Source: the human T2T-CHM13v2.0 reference genome, Homo sapiens. Taken from it: DNA of 64,000 nt. Under the pieces are notes generated by a model. The model was not told where the DNA came from. It did not search any database and saw only the letters and a program-made list of their open reading frames with translations. The stretch lies in NCBI RefSeq assembly GCF_009914755.1, contig NC_060937.1. One strand, given 5' to 3'. Both the position numbers and the translations under genes were made by a program. Of this stretch, positions 14,759 through 28,579 are shown in pieces. Position 1 is the first letter of the stretch. The number at the start of each line of letters is the position of its first letter.

Positions 14759-16835
14759 TTATGATCTCATTTTCATAACATTCAAGCATAATTGTTTTTT
14801 AAGTGAGTTAAACAGGTATAAATGAGATAAAATTCCTATATAAAAGATGTCCTCTCTGTACAGGGAGGTTTTAACATTCTTGTCATCAATTAAATGGAGG
14901 CTGAGGGAAATCTATACAAATAATGATTTAATTCTCAGGCCTAGCCAAAAGCTATAAGACAGATAAAATTTTGCCTCCCTGTATCTTCTTATTACAGAGA
15001 AACTATAGATAGCTAGGTCTGTTAATAAACATGTCCTGTGCCACCTTCAAAAATTGTACCATGAGGAAGCAGATGCTTCTAGAATTATAAAATGATGTTA
15101 AATTACAAAATGCTGGTATGTTGCAGGCAGTTCACAATTGCTTGCTTCCTTATTTTCATTGGAAATTAGCAGTTAAAAATTCTAATTAATATATGTAATT
15201 AAGATTCCTAGAAATAATAAGGGAAACAACATCATATGCCAGCATACAAGGAAGATAAGATGTGGTTTTTGCAAGGAAAGCTATGATGTATGTGTTCTGT
15301 TTCATAAAGGGAAAAGGAGACAAATTTTTATCCCAAAGTAGAGTGACTGGTTGTTCCACAAGGAGAAAGACTTTGAAAAGTATAGGACAAAAACTAAATG
15401 GATATAAGAAAGTTGTAGGTTTGTGAAAGAGGAATCTTGGTAAAGGAATTTTATGTGTGATCAACTGGCTAAAATTTGAAGGGAATTATAAGGTTTTTTT
15501 AAACTGAGCATTAATACCAAAAGTACACTGATGCAAATGGAGAATTTGGTCCTTTCTGTTAAAACAATAAGCTTTTCTTGGAGTCTTGGTCTGTTCTTTA
15601 TAAAAAATTATGACAAGTTTTTCTTTACTTATTAAGTAATTAGCCTAGAAAACAAAGATTATGTGTTTTATCAAGATAATTTCCTGTCTTTGATTACTAA
15701 GAAAACTGAATCCTCTATATTAAAAGAGCTAAGTTTTTTCTACAACTATATGGCATTCTGTATTTACCTTTGAAGACTTTAATTCACACTCTAGTTAAAT
15801 GAATAAATATTGTTTCACAATGACTTGTGATCCTATTTTAATTAAATATTTCAAACCATTTGATATTCCTGACAACTTTCTAATACCAAATCCTAAATTA
15901 AGATCTTTCTACCTCAAACTAACTCTGGGAGCTTCCAGACAGGTCGCTAGAGTATTTCAAAAAAATTTGTTCTCTTTTCATAAGAAGAGAGATATGAAAC
16001 TAACTAGGCTTATTTGATATGTTAAATTGTTTGGGAAGTATTGTCTAATAAGTGATGCTGAACCTTCTTTAAGCCATATATTATTAATATGTGTTTAATA
16101 TGTGTTTCATAAATTATACAGAATGCCCAGAAATCTGATAGATTTGGTATGATGCTACCAGTCATAATTTTAGTTATTATCTTAAAATAGTGTATGTCAC
16201 AGAAATAAAATTTCCTTGTCAACTGTGGTATAATGAACCCTCATCAGATTTTCACCATGGCCATTTTAAATTTTGTCATCCACAAACAGTTAATTGGTTT
16301 ACTCTGGTACTTTCCTGAAAACTATTACAAGCAACTACAAACCTAGTGTTTGTCTTTGAGGTGACTCATGGAAAGGACTCTGACAAGTACAGGGTTTTGA
16401 TAACTTTAAAATCATACCATTGAACTGGATAACAATTCCCAGAACTCTAATGAAGGAACTGATTGGTTAATAGAATTGCTAACCCAACATCAAGCAGAAC
16501 AAGAAATAACTGAATACCAAGCAAATTCCTCAGCAGATTTTCATGCTAAGTTAGCTAGTATTGAAAATGTTAGAATATGCTATTTGAATGAACTCCATAA
16601 GATTGATCCAAGTGAAACCACCTATAATAACCTATTTAATAAGCAGTGTTATATGTATCTGACTTGGAAAAACAAAATTTGTATCTAAAAGGATACAAAT
16701 TTAATGTTAAGCATGGACTCACAGAGGGTTTGGATGGCTGCCTGGTCTTTTGAGTCCTTAAAGATTCCATTACTAAAAACTCTGCAGCCCAAGACTTATC
16801 ATAGAGTAGATTAAATTGTGTAAATTCCTCTAAAT

Positions 16836-17744
16836 GGGCATCTTTTGGTAGAATGTTACTTTATTGGCTTGGCACAAATGTAAATAAGGTTATGGTTAAA
16901 AATCTGTCTCAAATATCAGCTACTATAGTTAAGTTTACTGCAAAGGCTATAGGTGCCTAAGAAACTTCTCTAAACTCCCCTGCTAAATTTTTTGTAGATA
17001 ATCAAATTGCCTTGGACCGTCTGTTGGATGAACAAGGGGCACTGTGTACATTAGCTAACACTCCCTCCTGAACTTGGATAAACACATCTGGTATTGTAAA
17101 ACCTCGGTTATCACTGAATGACCTGTTGCAGTATTCTCATTCAAGCATTCTTCATTGTCTTGGCCATATGATTGTAATGACTGACGGAGGGAACCCGTGC
17201 CACTCTTTCCACCACCATCTTCACCAAAACCAAAGCATGGTCTTCATGATGTATGGAGACTCCTCACATGCATTGCAGTGGACATTCCTTGGAGATCAGA
17301 AAAACTTAACTGAGAAAGCTCATTTTTGAAGTGACCTAAAGAGTGTCATTGAAGTAGATCTTAAGTAGTCATGGTGATTGTTTACATGGTTGTCATTGGA
17401 CTCAATCTCAGGAGCTGGAATGACAGACATTCTTGAACAAAGAAGCCAGGATAGTGGAATTAAAAGGGTTTCATCTCAGTGCTCCCATAAGTATGAAGTG
17501 TATACATTTATAATTTTCACTTATCACAGGGTAAATATAAAACTGATCCATTTAAAGAATTATCTTTTTCGAGAATTCAAAGAACATAGAATTTTGTGAA
17601 ATCTTTTTACTTACATGCCATTTTTCTTTCTAACTCTACCCCCCCCCCATCTATTATTTTATAAACCAGTTGGTACGTAAGTAGTTTCTCGGGGGATGAC
17701 ATATTAGCTAAAGATTTTCTATGTAGTGAACCTGCTTATATATT

Positions 17745-17801
<57 letters not shown>

Positions 17802-18490
17802 TCATCCAACTACTTTGTTGGAATGATCCCCATGAACTGGAACTGCTGGAGCAAAGTATATGCAAAATCTATACTTTGTGTAAATTTCCTATAACCAGAG
17901 TAAATTTTCCCAGTATTTGAAGATTTCCCACTTCCTAAAACTATACAAACATTAGATATCAATATTTGTAAACACTGATAATGTAATTTATAGTGAAATT
18001 GCTTTTTCATCTATTAATTTTAAGCTATATCATCTTCACATAGCCTTGTAAGTCATTTGTGTTATTTCATTTTCCTCTGTTTTTTTCACTTCCCTTGTAA
18101 TGTTAGTCTCTTTGTTACTGATTTCTAAGAGCTCGTTTATCATTAAAGATATTAACATTTTGTCAAGCTTTGCAAATAAAATATTATGTTTTTTCCCATT
18201 TATTTTACTGTGGTGTTTTATTTTGGGGTTGTATAGAAGTTATATATTGAAAAACAACCTTGTTCTGTTTTTTTTTTAAGAAATCAACAAACTCGATAAT
18301 TGGTTAAAACAAGTACATTTCTATTCTGTATCATTCTTTGATTTACTTAATTATAATTGGTTTGGTTCACAAGGGCCTTGGTTAAGAAGCATATTTCAGT
18401 CTTTTTGTGTGATCCTCCTGATAGTCATCATAGTAGTCTCCCTGGTATGCTGTATCCTTTAAAAAGCCTTAACTGCTTGTATGCAGTCAT
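16836..18490 (+). pseudogene. env: ERV env TM-subunit remnant, split by insertion 17111-18277
   Basis: Translates ...SLNSPAKFFVDNQIALDRLLDEQGALCTLANTPS*TWINTSGIVKPRL | EINKLDNWLKQ...WFGSQGPWLRSIFQSFCVILLIVIIVVSLVCCIL*: ISD-like, decayed CX6CC, membrane anchor. Confidence 0.88.
17748..17798. repeat. (TA)n microsatellite
   Basis: Uninterrupted TA run. Confidence 0.98.
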
Positions 18491-19095
18491 CTACTGTATG
18501 TCAGATGGTCTCACTCCAGGTATAGCAACAATAACACAAAGAGAACATGAAGAATTATTCAGCTGACTTAATATCATGACTGTGAATTCCATACAGACAC
18601 CAAAGAAGTCTGTTATGATGGTGACAGAGAATAACATCAATGCCCAAGGTTTTAGTGAATCTCTCAAAATTGAGAGGCTGGCTGAAACGGAGGGATTGTT
18701 AAGGCAAAATAAGGAGGCCATTTGCCTGAGGCTGTCTCCATACTTTGCATTCTTATGTAACAAACCACAATCTAACTTAGTATATAAACAGACCAAAACC
18801 TAACTTTTTAGTATATTTTTTGTAAATAAAAATTGCTGGATTTCAGCCAATCACAGGCATCCAACTGATCAGACCAAATAAGGCAAATGCCTCATCACAC
18901 CATGCCCATAAGGCAAATGCCTAGCTATAGACAACCAGGTAACTTTTTTATTTTGCTTCTGTGTTTGGCCTATAAAAAGCTCACTGCTCATGCTTCTGGA
19001 TAGAGGTCTCTGAACATCTTCTTGTCCTGAGAGTGCTACCCAATTCATGAATCTTTCTTTGCACAAATGAACTCTGTTAAATTTAATCTGTCTAA

Positions 19096-19406
<311 letters not shown>

Positions 19407-19544
19407 TAACAGTTCTTATCAGCTTCCAGATTATGTAGTGCTGAGACAGCTTTCAGGTACTAAGAAACAAATTCAGGCCTGGGATAAAATCTATGCCCCA
19501 CTGCTTACTAGTTTAGCAAACAAACAGGATAACTACAAATAAGT

Positions 19545-19697
19545 TTTTTGGGGTTTTTTTGTTTTATTTTAGAGACATTTAATACATATGTCTCACTGTG
19601 TTGTTCAAGCTGGCCTCAAACTCCTGAGCTCAAGTGATCCTTCTGTCTCAGCCTCCCAAGTAACTGGAACTGCAGACGCTCACCACTGGGGCTGGCT
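19545..19697 (-). mobile_element. FLAM / Alu monomer
   Basis: Single reverse monomer with T-rich tail. Confidence 0.8.
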
Positions 19698-19861
19698 AAA
19701 TAGGATTTTTATAGAAATCATAAATCAATATTCTAGATAATTTTGCATAGTTATTTTGCTATAAGCAAAAGATGTACAATTTTTCCCCAAAATATGTTTT
19801 CTAAGATAGCATAAAAATACATAGACATAATACTTACTTAGGACAAGTAAAGGTTAAAATA

Positions 19862-20687
19862 CAGTAGGCCCCCTTATCCACAGGGGATACATTCCAAGAC
19901 CCCCAGTGGATGCCTGAAACCACAGAGAGTTCCAAGACCTACACATACTATTTTTTCTTATACACACCTTTAATAAAGTTTAATTTATAAACTAGGAACA
20001 ATAAGAGATTAGCGATAATAGCTAACAGTAAAATAGAACAATTATAACAATATGCTATAATAAAGGTTACCACAAACTATGGCCATAACTTTTGCAGTTT
20101 CAGGTGTGACAGCAAAACTAGCATGAATTTTTTTCCCTCTTCACAATTTTATTCTTACTATATATCTTAGCAACCTCAGCGTGCAATTTTGTTCTTTCAT
20201 TAAGTCAAGAACTTTAACTTTTCACTTAAAGGAAGCACTTTATGGCTCTCTTTGACATATCTGAATTGCCAGCATCACTATTCCTGCACTTTGAAGCCAT
20301 TATGAAGTAAGATAAGGGTGACTTGAACACAAGCACTCCAATACCATGACAGTCAGTCCAATAACCAAGACAGCCACTGAATGACTCACAGGTGTGTAAT
20401 GCACACAACATGAATACATCGGACAAAGGGATGATTCCTGTCTTGGGTAGGACAGAATGGGACAGTGTGAGATTTCATCACACTACTTGAACTGGTACTC
20501 AACTGAAAACTTAGGAATTGTTTATTTCTGGAATTTTCCATTTAATACGTTTGGACTACTGTTGACTGCCGTTGAAAACGTATGAATTGTTTATATCTGG
20601 AATTATCCATTTAATACATTTGGACTACTGTTACTGCCGGTAGCTGAAACCATGCAATGCAAAACCATGGATGAGGAGAAACTAATA
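19862..20687 (+). mobile_element. MER6-like TcMar-Tigger DNA transposon
   Basis: TIR 'cagtaggcccccttatccac' ... 'atggatgaggagaaactaata', TA flanks, MER6-like body. Confidence 0.85.
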
Positions 20688-21151
20688 TATAAGCAAATAT
20701 TTTAAAACTTACTCACTAATAGTGTTTTTTCATATCTTTTCTATAAAATTTTCTGTTCTTCCCAATATCTTCATTTCAACCAATGTGGCAATATCATTCT
20801 CCAGATAATCTGATCTCCCTGACCTGAGCGAACTTTCATTCTGTCCCTTTTCCTCCCCAGTTCCCATCAGCCAATATATGCTATAGATTTCTTATATCAT
20901 ACCTGTTTCATCCATTTTTTCATTTCTACCTCTTCTCCTCCAAATATATTTTTGGATACTTTGTTTTTTTGAAAGTTTATTCTAACTCTCATACTTTAAA
21001 TCCATCTAATACATACCATTCACGCCACATTCACGCCATTTTCTCTGTTCAGATGTTTAAATAGAACCCAGTTGCCTAGGATAAAGCTGAAATCATTATC
21101 CTGATATTCTAGACTCTCCACAAGCTGATTCTATTGCTGAAAGGAAGTGAT

Positions 21152-21650
21152 CCTTCCTTCCTTCTTCCCTCCTTCAGTAAATGTTTATGGTGCACCTAGT
21201 ATATGCCAGGCACTGTGCTAGTCAGTGGAGATTCATTAATAAACAAACAAGACATGGACCAGTCCTCAAGAATCTGTGGTCTCCTGGGGAAGAGGTTTAA
21301 ATCAAATATTGACACAACAATACAAATTGTAATAAGCACTATATAGAAAAAGTTGTGTTAAGAAAATGTATAGCAAGGTTCTTGAGCTAATTAAGAGGAA
21401 CATTATAACTTTGTCCCAGTCCAGAGGCAGCATTCACACATGGAGTTGCACAGCATGGCAGCCCTGCTCTAGGCAGTCAGACAAGTCCTGAGTAAGAGAC
21501 ACTTGAGTTTCCAGCCAAAGGGCATATTGGCTAAGCGGAGAGGCAGATCATTCCAAGTCCAGAGATTCATACGCACAAGGTGCTGGGGGCAAAAAGGAGC
21601 TTGACATGTTCATGAAACCAAGAGGACGCTGTGTGACTGGTGTACAGGGA
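21152..21650 (-). mobile_element. L2 3' region
   Basis: 'aaatgtttatggtgcacctagtatatgccaggcactgtgctag' L2 3' end. Confidence 0.7.
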
Positions 21651-21780
21651 GCACCCAGCCTCCAAGTTTCACCCACACCAGTCAGCTCGCTGGGCCCAGA
21701 CCACACCTTGGACCCAGCAGTCTTAACAGTTTTGCTTTCATATATTTTATTACTCTCCTATTCTCTCTTTAAATTTAGTT

Positions 21781-22898
21781 CATAACTCAAAATGGATCAT
21801 AGCTCTTTATGTAAAATCAAAAAATATAAAACTTATAAGTGAAAACATAGGAGAAAGACCTTGTGAACTTGGGTTAGCAGCTATTTTAGGCACAATACCA
21901 AAAGCATGATATACAAGATAGAAAACTTTATAAACTGGGCTTCAACAAAATTTTGTTCTTCCAAAGGCACTTTAATAGAATGAAAAGATAAAATAGAGAG
22001 AAAATATATGCAAATTACATATCTAATAAAGCACTTGGATCCAGAATATATAAAGAACTCTCAAAATTCAATAATAAGAAAGCAAACAACCCAGTAAAAG
22101 GTAGACAAAATATTTGAATAGACATTTCTTGAAAGAAGTTATTTGGATTGTAATTAAACACAATAAAGGATGGTCGACATCATTAGTCTTTTGGGAAATG
22201 CAAATTAAACCGTGAGATACTGCTGACACTTATTGGAATGACTAAAATCAGAAAGACCAGCCAAACCAAGTGTTGCTATGGATACAGAGCCAGTGGAATT
22301 CTCATACACTGCTGGTGGGGACGTAAAATGGTACAATCATTTTAGAAAGAGAAAACAGTTGGACAGTTTCTTAAATGGACACTGATCAGAAGACCTGACA
22401 ATTGCACTGCTAGATAGTTGCCCAAAAGAAATAAAATCATATGTTCATCGAAGACTTGAACCTGAATGTTCATGGCATCTCTATTAATAACAGCCAAAAA
22501 TGAAAACAACCCAAATGCCCAACAAGAGGTATATGGATATAAACAAATTGTGGTATATTCATATAAAGAGTTACTACTCAACAATAAAAAAGAATGAGCT
22601 ATTGATACTTGCAACAACTTGGCAGAATTTCAAGATAATTGTACTATGTGAAAGAAGCCAGACAAAAAATTCTAGCAAGCAGTCCCAGTGACTGCCTGGA
22701 GGCAGAAAGGTGTGGAGAGAGGAATTATAAAAGGGCATGAAGAAACTTTGGGGGTTCACGAATGTGTTCATTGTCTTGATTTTAATGATGGTTTCAAGGA
22801 CGTGTACGTATGCCAAAATGGGTCAGATGTTTCACTTTAAATATGTATAGTTCATTTATGCTAACTCTAACTCAATAAAGCTGCTAAAATATAAAAAG
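21781..22898 (+). mobile_element. L1M (L1ME-like) 3' portion
   Basis: ORF2 C-terminal and 3' UTR motifs, 'ctcaataaagctg' end. Confidence 0.85.
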
Positions 22899-23998
22899 TA
22901 TGTTTTAAATGCAGGTCATAACTCAAATCTTCTAGGAGCTATCTCCGATCACTCTAGTTCAATGTCTCCCCTGAGATCTATAAGTACTTAGTGATCTATG
23001 ATTCATTTGACTCTTAACATTTACGGCCTTTTGTTATTAATTATCATTTATTGGGCACGTTTACCACCTCAGAAACAGAATCAGCACTTCTGCTCCTCCC
23101 TCAGTCTCTAGAATGGTTCTTTGCACGTAGTAGGCCTTCAATGAATATCCTGTTGAAAGATTCATATTAAACCCCTAGAGAAAAACATTGTGTTATTTTT
23201 CAAAAGATAAAATATAGGACTTCCTCCAGCACTCGATCGAGTTGATAGAAACAAATTCCTAATTTATGCTTAAGCAGCTCATTGCCAAACACAGCAATTT
23301 CAAATGTGAAAGATATTTACGAATCTAAAGCTACAATAAATCATGTGTGACAAAATTAGTGTGATTGGCCAAGGATCAGATAAATTCACATTACAAACCA
23401 TACAATTAACCAACACTGCCAAAGTAAATGTTTCAAAAAGAAGCTAATTTGTAAATGTTCTTATTTGTTTGTTCATTCATTTATTTACTCACCTCATTCC
23501 AAAATATGCACGAGCAGAATAAAGCAAAAAATGCTACCAAAAAACTAATTGTGTGTTCCAAAACAATTTGGTATCTCAGTGTGAGAAAATCTGCCATTTG
23601 TGTCACGGTTTTCATTTTATCCTATATATTTCACATACGTAATTATTATTTACACAAGGCACCAGCATGGAATAGGTGGAACTGTGTGACAAATTCTTTA
23701 TTTCTAGTTAAATTCTGGATATTGGCTGTAAGAACCACTTCCCCCCACCAATATCTGGATAAAATTGCTGTGAACCTTCATTCCAGGTTAAAGTTTAAAT
23801 CTCCTGCCAAGGTTTTAGCAAATTCCAGGGAAGCTCACATTCTGGTATCCACCTTTGTCTGAGGACCCTTCACTTGTGAATCAGCTCCATTTTGAAACTT
23901 CTTAACCACTTGCTCATGCTCTGTTTGCTGCAGCACAAAGATCCAGCCATAGAATGCAGCTCTTAGTTTTCAACAAAATTATCACCCACACAAAGCAC

Positions 23999-23999
<1 letters not shown>

Positions 24000-24044
<45 letters not shown>
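24000..24044. repeat. (TG)n microsatellite
   Basis: Pure TG run. Confidence 0.98.
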
Positions 24045-24046
<2 letters not shown>

Positions 24047-26074
24047 GGTTTAATGAAGCTCTGGGAAGACCCAGGTTACATCTCAACAATGCAGGCAACT
24101 TCAAATAGAATATTAAACAACGATGCCTTACATTCATTAAACAAACAACCATGCCTGACATTTCAGACCACTCAAGTAGTAAGGAGTCTTTCCACTCGCC
24201 ACTTGAGGCCACTTTAGCCCACTCTCCATTCTCTAACTGGCTTCTCACTTCCTCTTATCCCTCTTACGGCTCTTTCCCATTACTTCCTCTGGCTCTCAAC
24301 TCTTCTCCCTCTACTGTGCAAAGCAATTCTGTCTCCCCACTTCCATTCCCACGCACTGCTTCAGACCCATCCTGGCACATTCACACTCAGGCAGGTACTC
24401 AACAACACATTCCTTTCACATTAAACACATCAACCCCCTTTAAATGTAGTCATATCAGTAAACAGCAACTTCTGTTCTGCATCCTATTTACCGGGCTTTG
24501 ATTTTAATCCAAAAATTCACTAATATTATGTTGGAGGCCATTTTAATGGACAATAAAATCTTTAAAACCCTCAGATGCCAACTCTGAACTGTGTTTTTCC
24601 CTGTGAAGATTTCCTCGGCTGCCCAGGTAGTTAGCTGCTTCTTCTACCTTTGCTCAGAATTTATCTTGTCATGGTGCTAATGATGTTTTCTCTTCCACCA
24701 GCCTGAGGATGGGAACTATACCTTATTCATCTCTGTAGCTACATCTGCCTCTATCATATACTAAGCATTTGGTAAATATTTGTCAAATCAATTATTTGAT
24801 GCCAATCACGTCTGGTTGATGTTGGGTAGCAAATCATTTGGTCCCAGACAGCAAATGCACAAATCCCTACAGAAGTGAAGCCGAAAGGCCAAAAGTTAGA
24901 AAGCCATATAGATAGAAAAAAAAGAAAAACATATAGACAGAAAAAACAGAGCTATTCAATGCAGAAAGGTACACCATGTACTTTTGATCATTCAGCTTAT
25001 TCTGGAGGCAGGCTTCCTTCCAACCTTGACTTTCATAAATTTTGTTCTAGCTGTGCTGCCTCTGGAATTCACAGTGCCCACTTCACTAGACGATGACTCA
25101 TGCTCACCATGTTCCACATTATTTCCATTTTGATATCATTTGGAGGCACTAGACAAAAAGACTATAAACCAATTCTACAACAAAAGATGGTCTCTCAGTA
25201 AAGAGTTTTCACCCACCTCCTCTCTCAGTTGGTTTTCCAAAGAATAATTATAGAGCAAAACTGTAAGCTCACTGAGAATAATAGCTGTATCTAAGTTTCC
25301 TTTATATAACATCTTGCACCAACTTGAGCTTAGTAGGTATTCGATACATATTGAATTGCATGGGAATAACCATGAATTCAATTCAGCATGGCAATGACTT
25401 CAACAAAATATGTTTACGTGAGTACATATGTATATATGTGTATGTGTGCATATATTCACACATATATACAGAGAGCAAGTGAGACAGCACCTGCATTGTA
25501 GGCAATCGTGAGTAGTTGCACTTGATTATTTATTGTCCTACATACACCACACTGTGCCATCTGTTATTCTTTCATTTAATCAACATTTATTAAGTTCCGA
25601 CACATCAGGAAAAACTATGAATAGAGGAAAAGAGGATGTCTTGTCTCTTTACAGCTGCCTCTAATTTTTCTCTCTGTTGGAGCAGAGAAGAGCAGGAGCA
25701 GGTGGAGAAGGTAATACAGCCGCATGACTGTTGGATAATACAGTGTTATTAAAGGGAAGAAGGGATAAATCCCATGCAGCCTCCAGCATCGGGAAGTGCC
25801 GAGTGTTGAATGACTAAATGAACACCAAGTCCATGTGCTTTAGGGAGGCTATCAGGCAACCCATCTCAATCTGAGAAAAAGTAATCAATGAGGTAGGAAA
25901 ACATCCAAAGAATGTGATTTATAAGAAAGACATGCAAGCACCACATATGCGTGATGTAAGTTAACAGCCATAGCCAGCAGGCGATGATGAGTATAATTGA
26001 GATGGAGGCGTTTATCAAAACTTGTAAACCTATAATAATTTAGAGCTAAAAGGGCCTCAGCAGTTTTCAGGTGC

Positions 26075-26237
26075 AACATTTCCCAGTCCTTTTTGGGTCA
26101 TACACACATAGAAAATGACAATATTTATAAGGCACGCTGAGATAAATGAAGGAGGTTGCTTAGGGTAGAAGGCTATCGGCTCAAGGCCCAGATCAGCTCC
26201 CCGAGGGCTGTCAGGAGACAGTAGTTGAAAAGGCCTA
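26075..26237 (+). mobile_element. hAT-Charlie fragment (MER112-like) within MIR
   Basis: 'cacacatagaaaatgacaatatttataaggcacgctg' resembles MER112; MIR sequence on both sides. Confidence 0.55.
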
Positions 26238-26364
26238 CTTTAGGCCAGTCTCCTCATTTTGCATGGGAAGAAACTGAATCTTTGCTCAAGATTACTCAGC
26301 TAGAAAATCGAAAAAGAGGCAGGAGTAGAGCTTTAAGTTTCTCTCTTAATTGATGCTTTTGCTG

Positions 26365-27227
26365 CAGCTGACCCTTGAACAACACAGGGGTTAGGGGCAC
26401 CAACCTCTATGCAGTCAAAAGTCCACGTATAACTTTTGACCCCTTCAAAAACTTAACTATTAATAGCCTACTGTTGGCCAGAAGCCTTACTGATAACACA
26501 AACTGTCAATGAACGTATATTTTGTGTGCTATATGAATTATATACTGTATTCTTACAATAAAGCCAGAGGAAAGAAAATGTTATTAAGAAAATCATAAGA
26601 AGGATGTATTAGTTGGGGTTCTCTAGAGGGACAGAACTAATAGGATAAATGTATATATAAAGGGGAGTTTATTAAGGAATACTGACTCACATTATCACAA
26701 GGTTCCACAACAGGCCATCTGCAGGCTGAGGAACAAGGAAGCCAGTCCAAGTCCCAAAGCTGAAGAACTTGGAGTCTGATGTTCAAGGGCAGGAAGCATC
26801 CAGCGTGGGAGAAAGATGTAGGCTGGGAGGCTAGGCTAGTCTACTCTTCACATTATTGTGCCTGCTTTTATTCTTGCTGCACTGGCAGCCGATTAGATTG
26901 CATCCACCCAGATTAAGGGTGGGTCTGCCTTTCCCAGTCCACGGACTCAAATGTTAATCTCCTTTGGCAATATCTCACAGACACGCATAGGAACATACTT
27001 CACGTCCTTCCATCCAATCAAGTTGACACTCAGTATTAACCATCACAAAGGAGAAACTATATTTACAATTCATTAAGTAGAAATGGATCATCATCATCCT
27101 CGTCGTCCTTATGTTGAGTAGGAAGAAGAGGAGGAGTTGATCTTGCTGTCTCAGAAGTGGCAGAGGCAGAAGAAAATCCAGATATAGGTGGACCTGCACA
27201 GTTCCAACCCATGTTAAGGGTCAGCTG
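26365..27227 (+). mobile_element. Tigger2/MER8-like DNA transposon (interrupted by MLT2A)
   Basis: TIRs 'cagctgacccttgaac' and 'taagggtcagctg'. Confidence 0.88.
26605..27047 (-). mobile_element. MLT2A (HERV-L) solo LTR
   Basis: 'tgtattagttggggttctctagagggacagaact'...'aaccatcaca'; 5-bp TSD AAGGA. Confidence 0.92.
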
Positions 27228-27232
27228 TACTC

Positions 27233-27426
27233 CAGTGCTTCTCCAAGTATTGTCCCCAGACCAGCAGCATCGACATCACCTGGGAACATGTCCAAGTGCA
27301 AATTATCAGACCCCACCCTCGACCCTACTGAATCAGACACTGGGGGATGGGGTCCCACTCTCTGTGCTTGAACAAGCCCTTAACAAATTATTCATTCTGA
27401 TGCTCACTCAAGTTTGAGAACTACTG
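27233..27426. mobile_element. MER5A hAT-Charlie
   Basis: 'cagtgcttctccaag...caagtttgagaactactg' TIRs, ~190 bp. Confidence 0.85.
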
Positions 27427-27491
27427 TTGTCATCTGTACTGACTCTCAATGCTGCTATAAGCTACCAGGTTAACATTTAGATTGCCTAACT

Positions 27492-27610
27492 CAGGGGTTG
27501 CACAATGTTTTCTGAAAAGGGCCTGAGAGTTTTGTAGAACAAAAACAGTTATTGGCACCACATAAATGAGTGTGGCTGTGTGCCAATAAAACTTTATTTA
27601 TTTGCCAAGC
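27492..27610 (+). mobile_element. MER58-like fragment
   Basis: 'caggggttg..', 'gtgtggctgtgtgccaataaaactttattta'. Confidence 0.6.
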
Positions 27611-27945
27611 TGCCAGAAGTCCCACTTTTCAAAGGATAAGGATGGAATTAAAAGTATTTATTTATAGATTTTCAGGGACATATCTTTCAAAAAGAGAAGT
27701 AAACTTTAATTGTACTTCCCTTGTGTCTGTTCTTCACTTAAAATTGCTTACTTCTCTGAGAAATTCAGTACCAATTTAGATATCACTTTATAATCATGTA
27801 ATACACAAACTCAAATCATTATTTTCACTGGTAAAAAATGAGTTGTGTCTGCATACTGTACATTTTCTACAGCATCTGATTAAGAAGTAGTTAGGACAAT
27901 AAATAACTAGAGTTTTCTTAAGTCCTTCCAGCTGAAGAATTTGTT

Positions 27946-28251
27946 GATTTGGGGTTGTTTTGTTTTTGAGATAGAGTCTCACTCTGTCGCCCAGGCTGGA
28001 GTGCAGTGGCACAATCTCGACCTACTGCAACCTCCACCTCCCCGGTTCAAACAATTCTCCCTGCCTCAGCCTCCCGAGTAGCTGGGATTACAGGCTGGCA
28101 CCACCATGCCTGGCTAATGTTTGTATATTTTAGTAGAGACGGGGTTTTGCCATGTTGGCCAGGCTGGTCTCAAACTCCTGACCTCAGGTGGTCCACCCAC
28201 CTTGGCCTCCCAAAGTGCTGGGATTACAGGCATGAGCCACGGTGCCCAGCC
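27946..28251 (-). mobile_element. AluS
   Basis: Reverse Alu with TSD TGAAGAATTTGTT. Confidence 0.96.
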
Positions 28252-28579
28252 TGAAGAATTTGTTTTGAAAGAGGGTTAGCCTATAAAAATACTTTATTTT
28301 GTCTGATTTTTCTTTTTAAAAGGAAGAGTTTTACGGTAAAAGAAGTGAGACTATTCAATTCAGGACAATAAAGCGAGTGGGTGAAGATAATGCTAATCTA
28401 TTCCTCTTAAAAATAGAACTATGCTTAGAGGAGAAGTTTAAATACTTAATCTGGAATCATGGTGGTTTGGTTAGTCATACCTCCTAGATCTTTACAGCTA
28501 TAAAAGGGCCCTTAGGAATTATCTAGTCCAACCCTGTCATTTTGCAGATGACTAGGCTGAAACTCAAAGATGCCAAGAG

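Noticed and set aside
23455-24501. 135-aa and 116-aa ORFs in unique DNA
   Set aside because: No domain or codon signal; lengths expected by chance; neighbouring ORFs run through (TG)n
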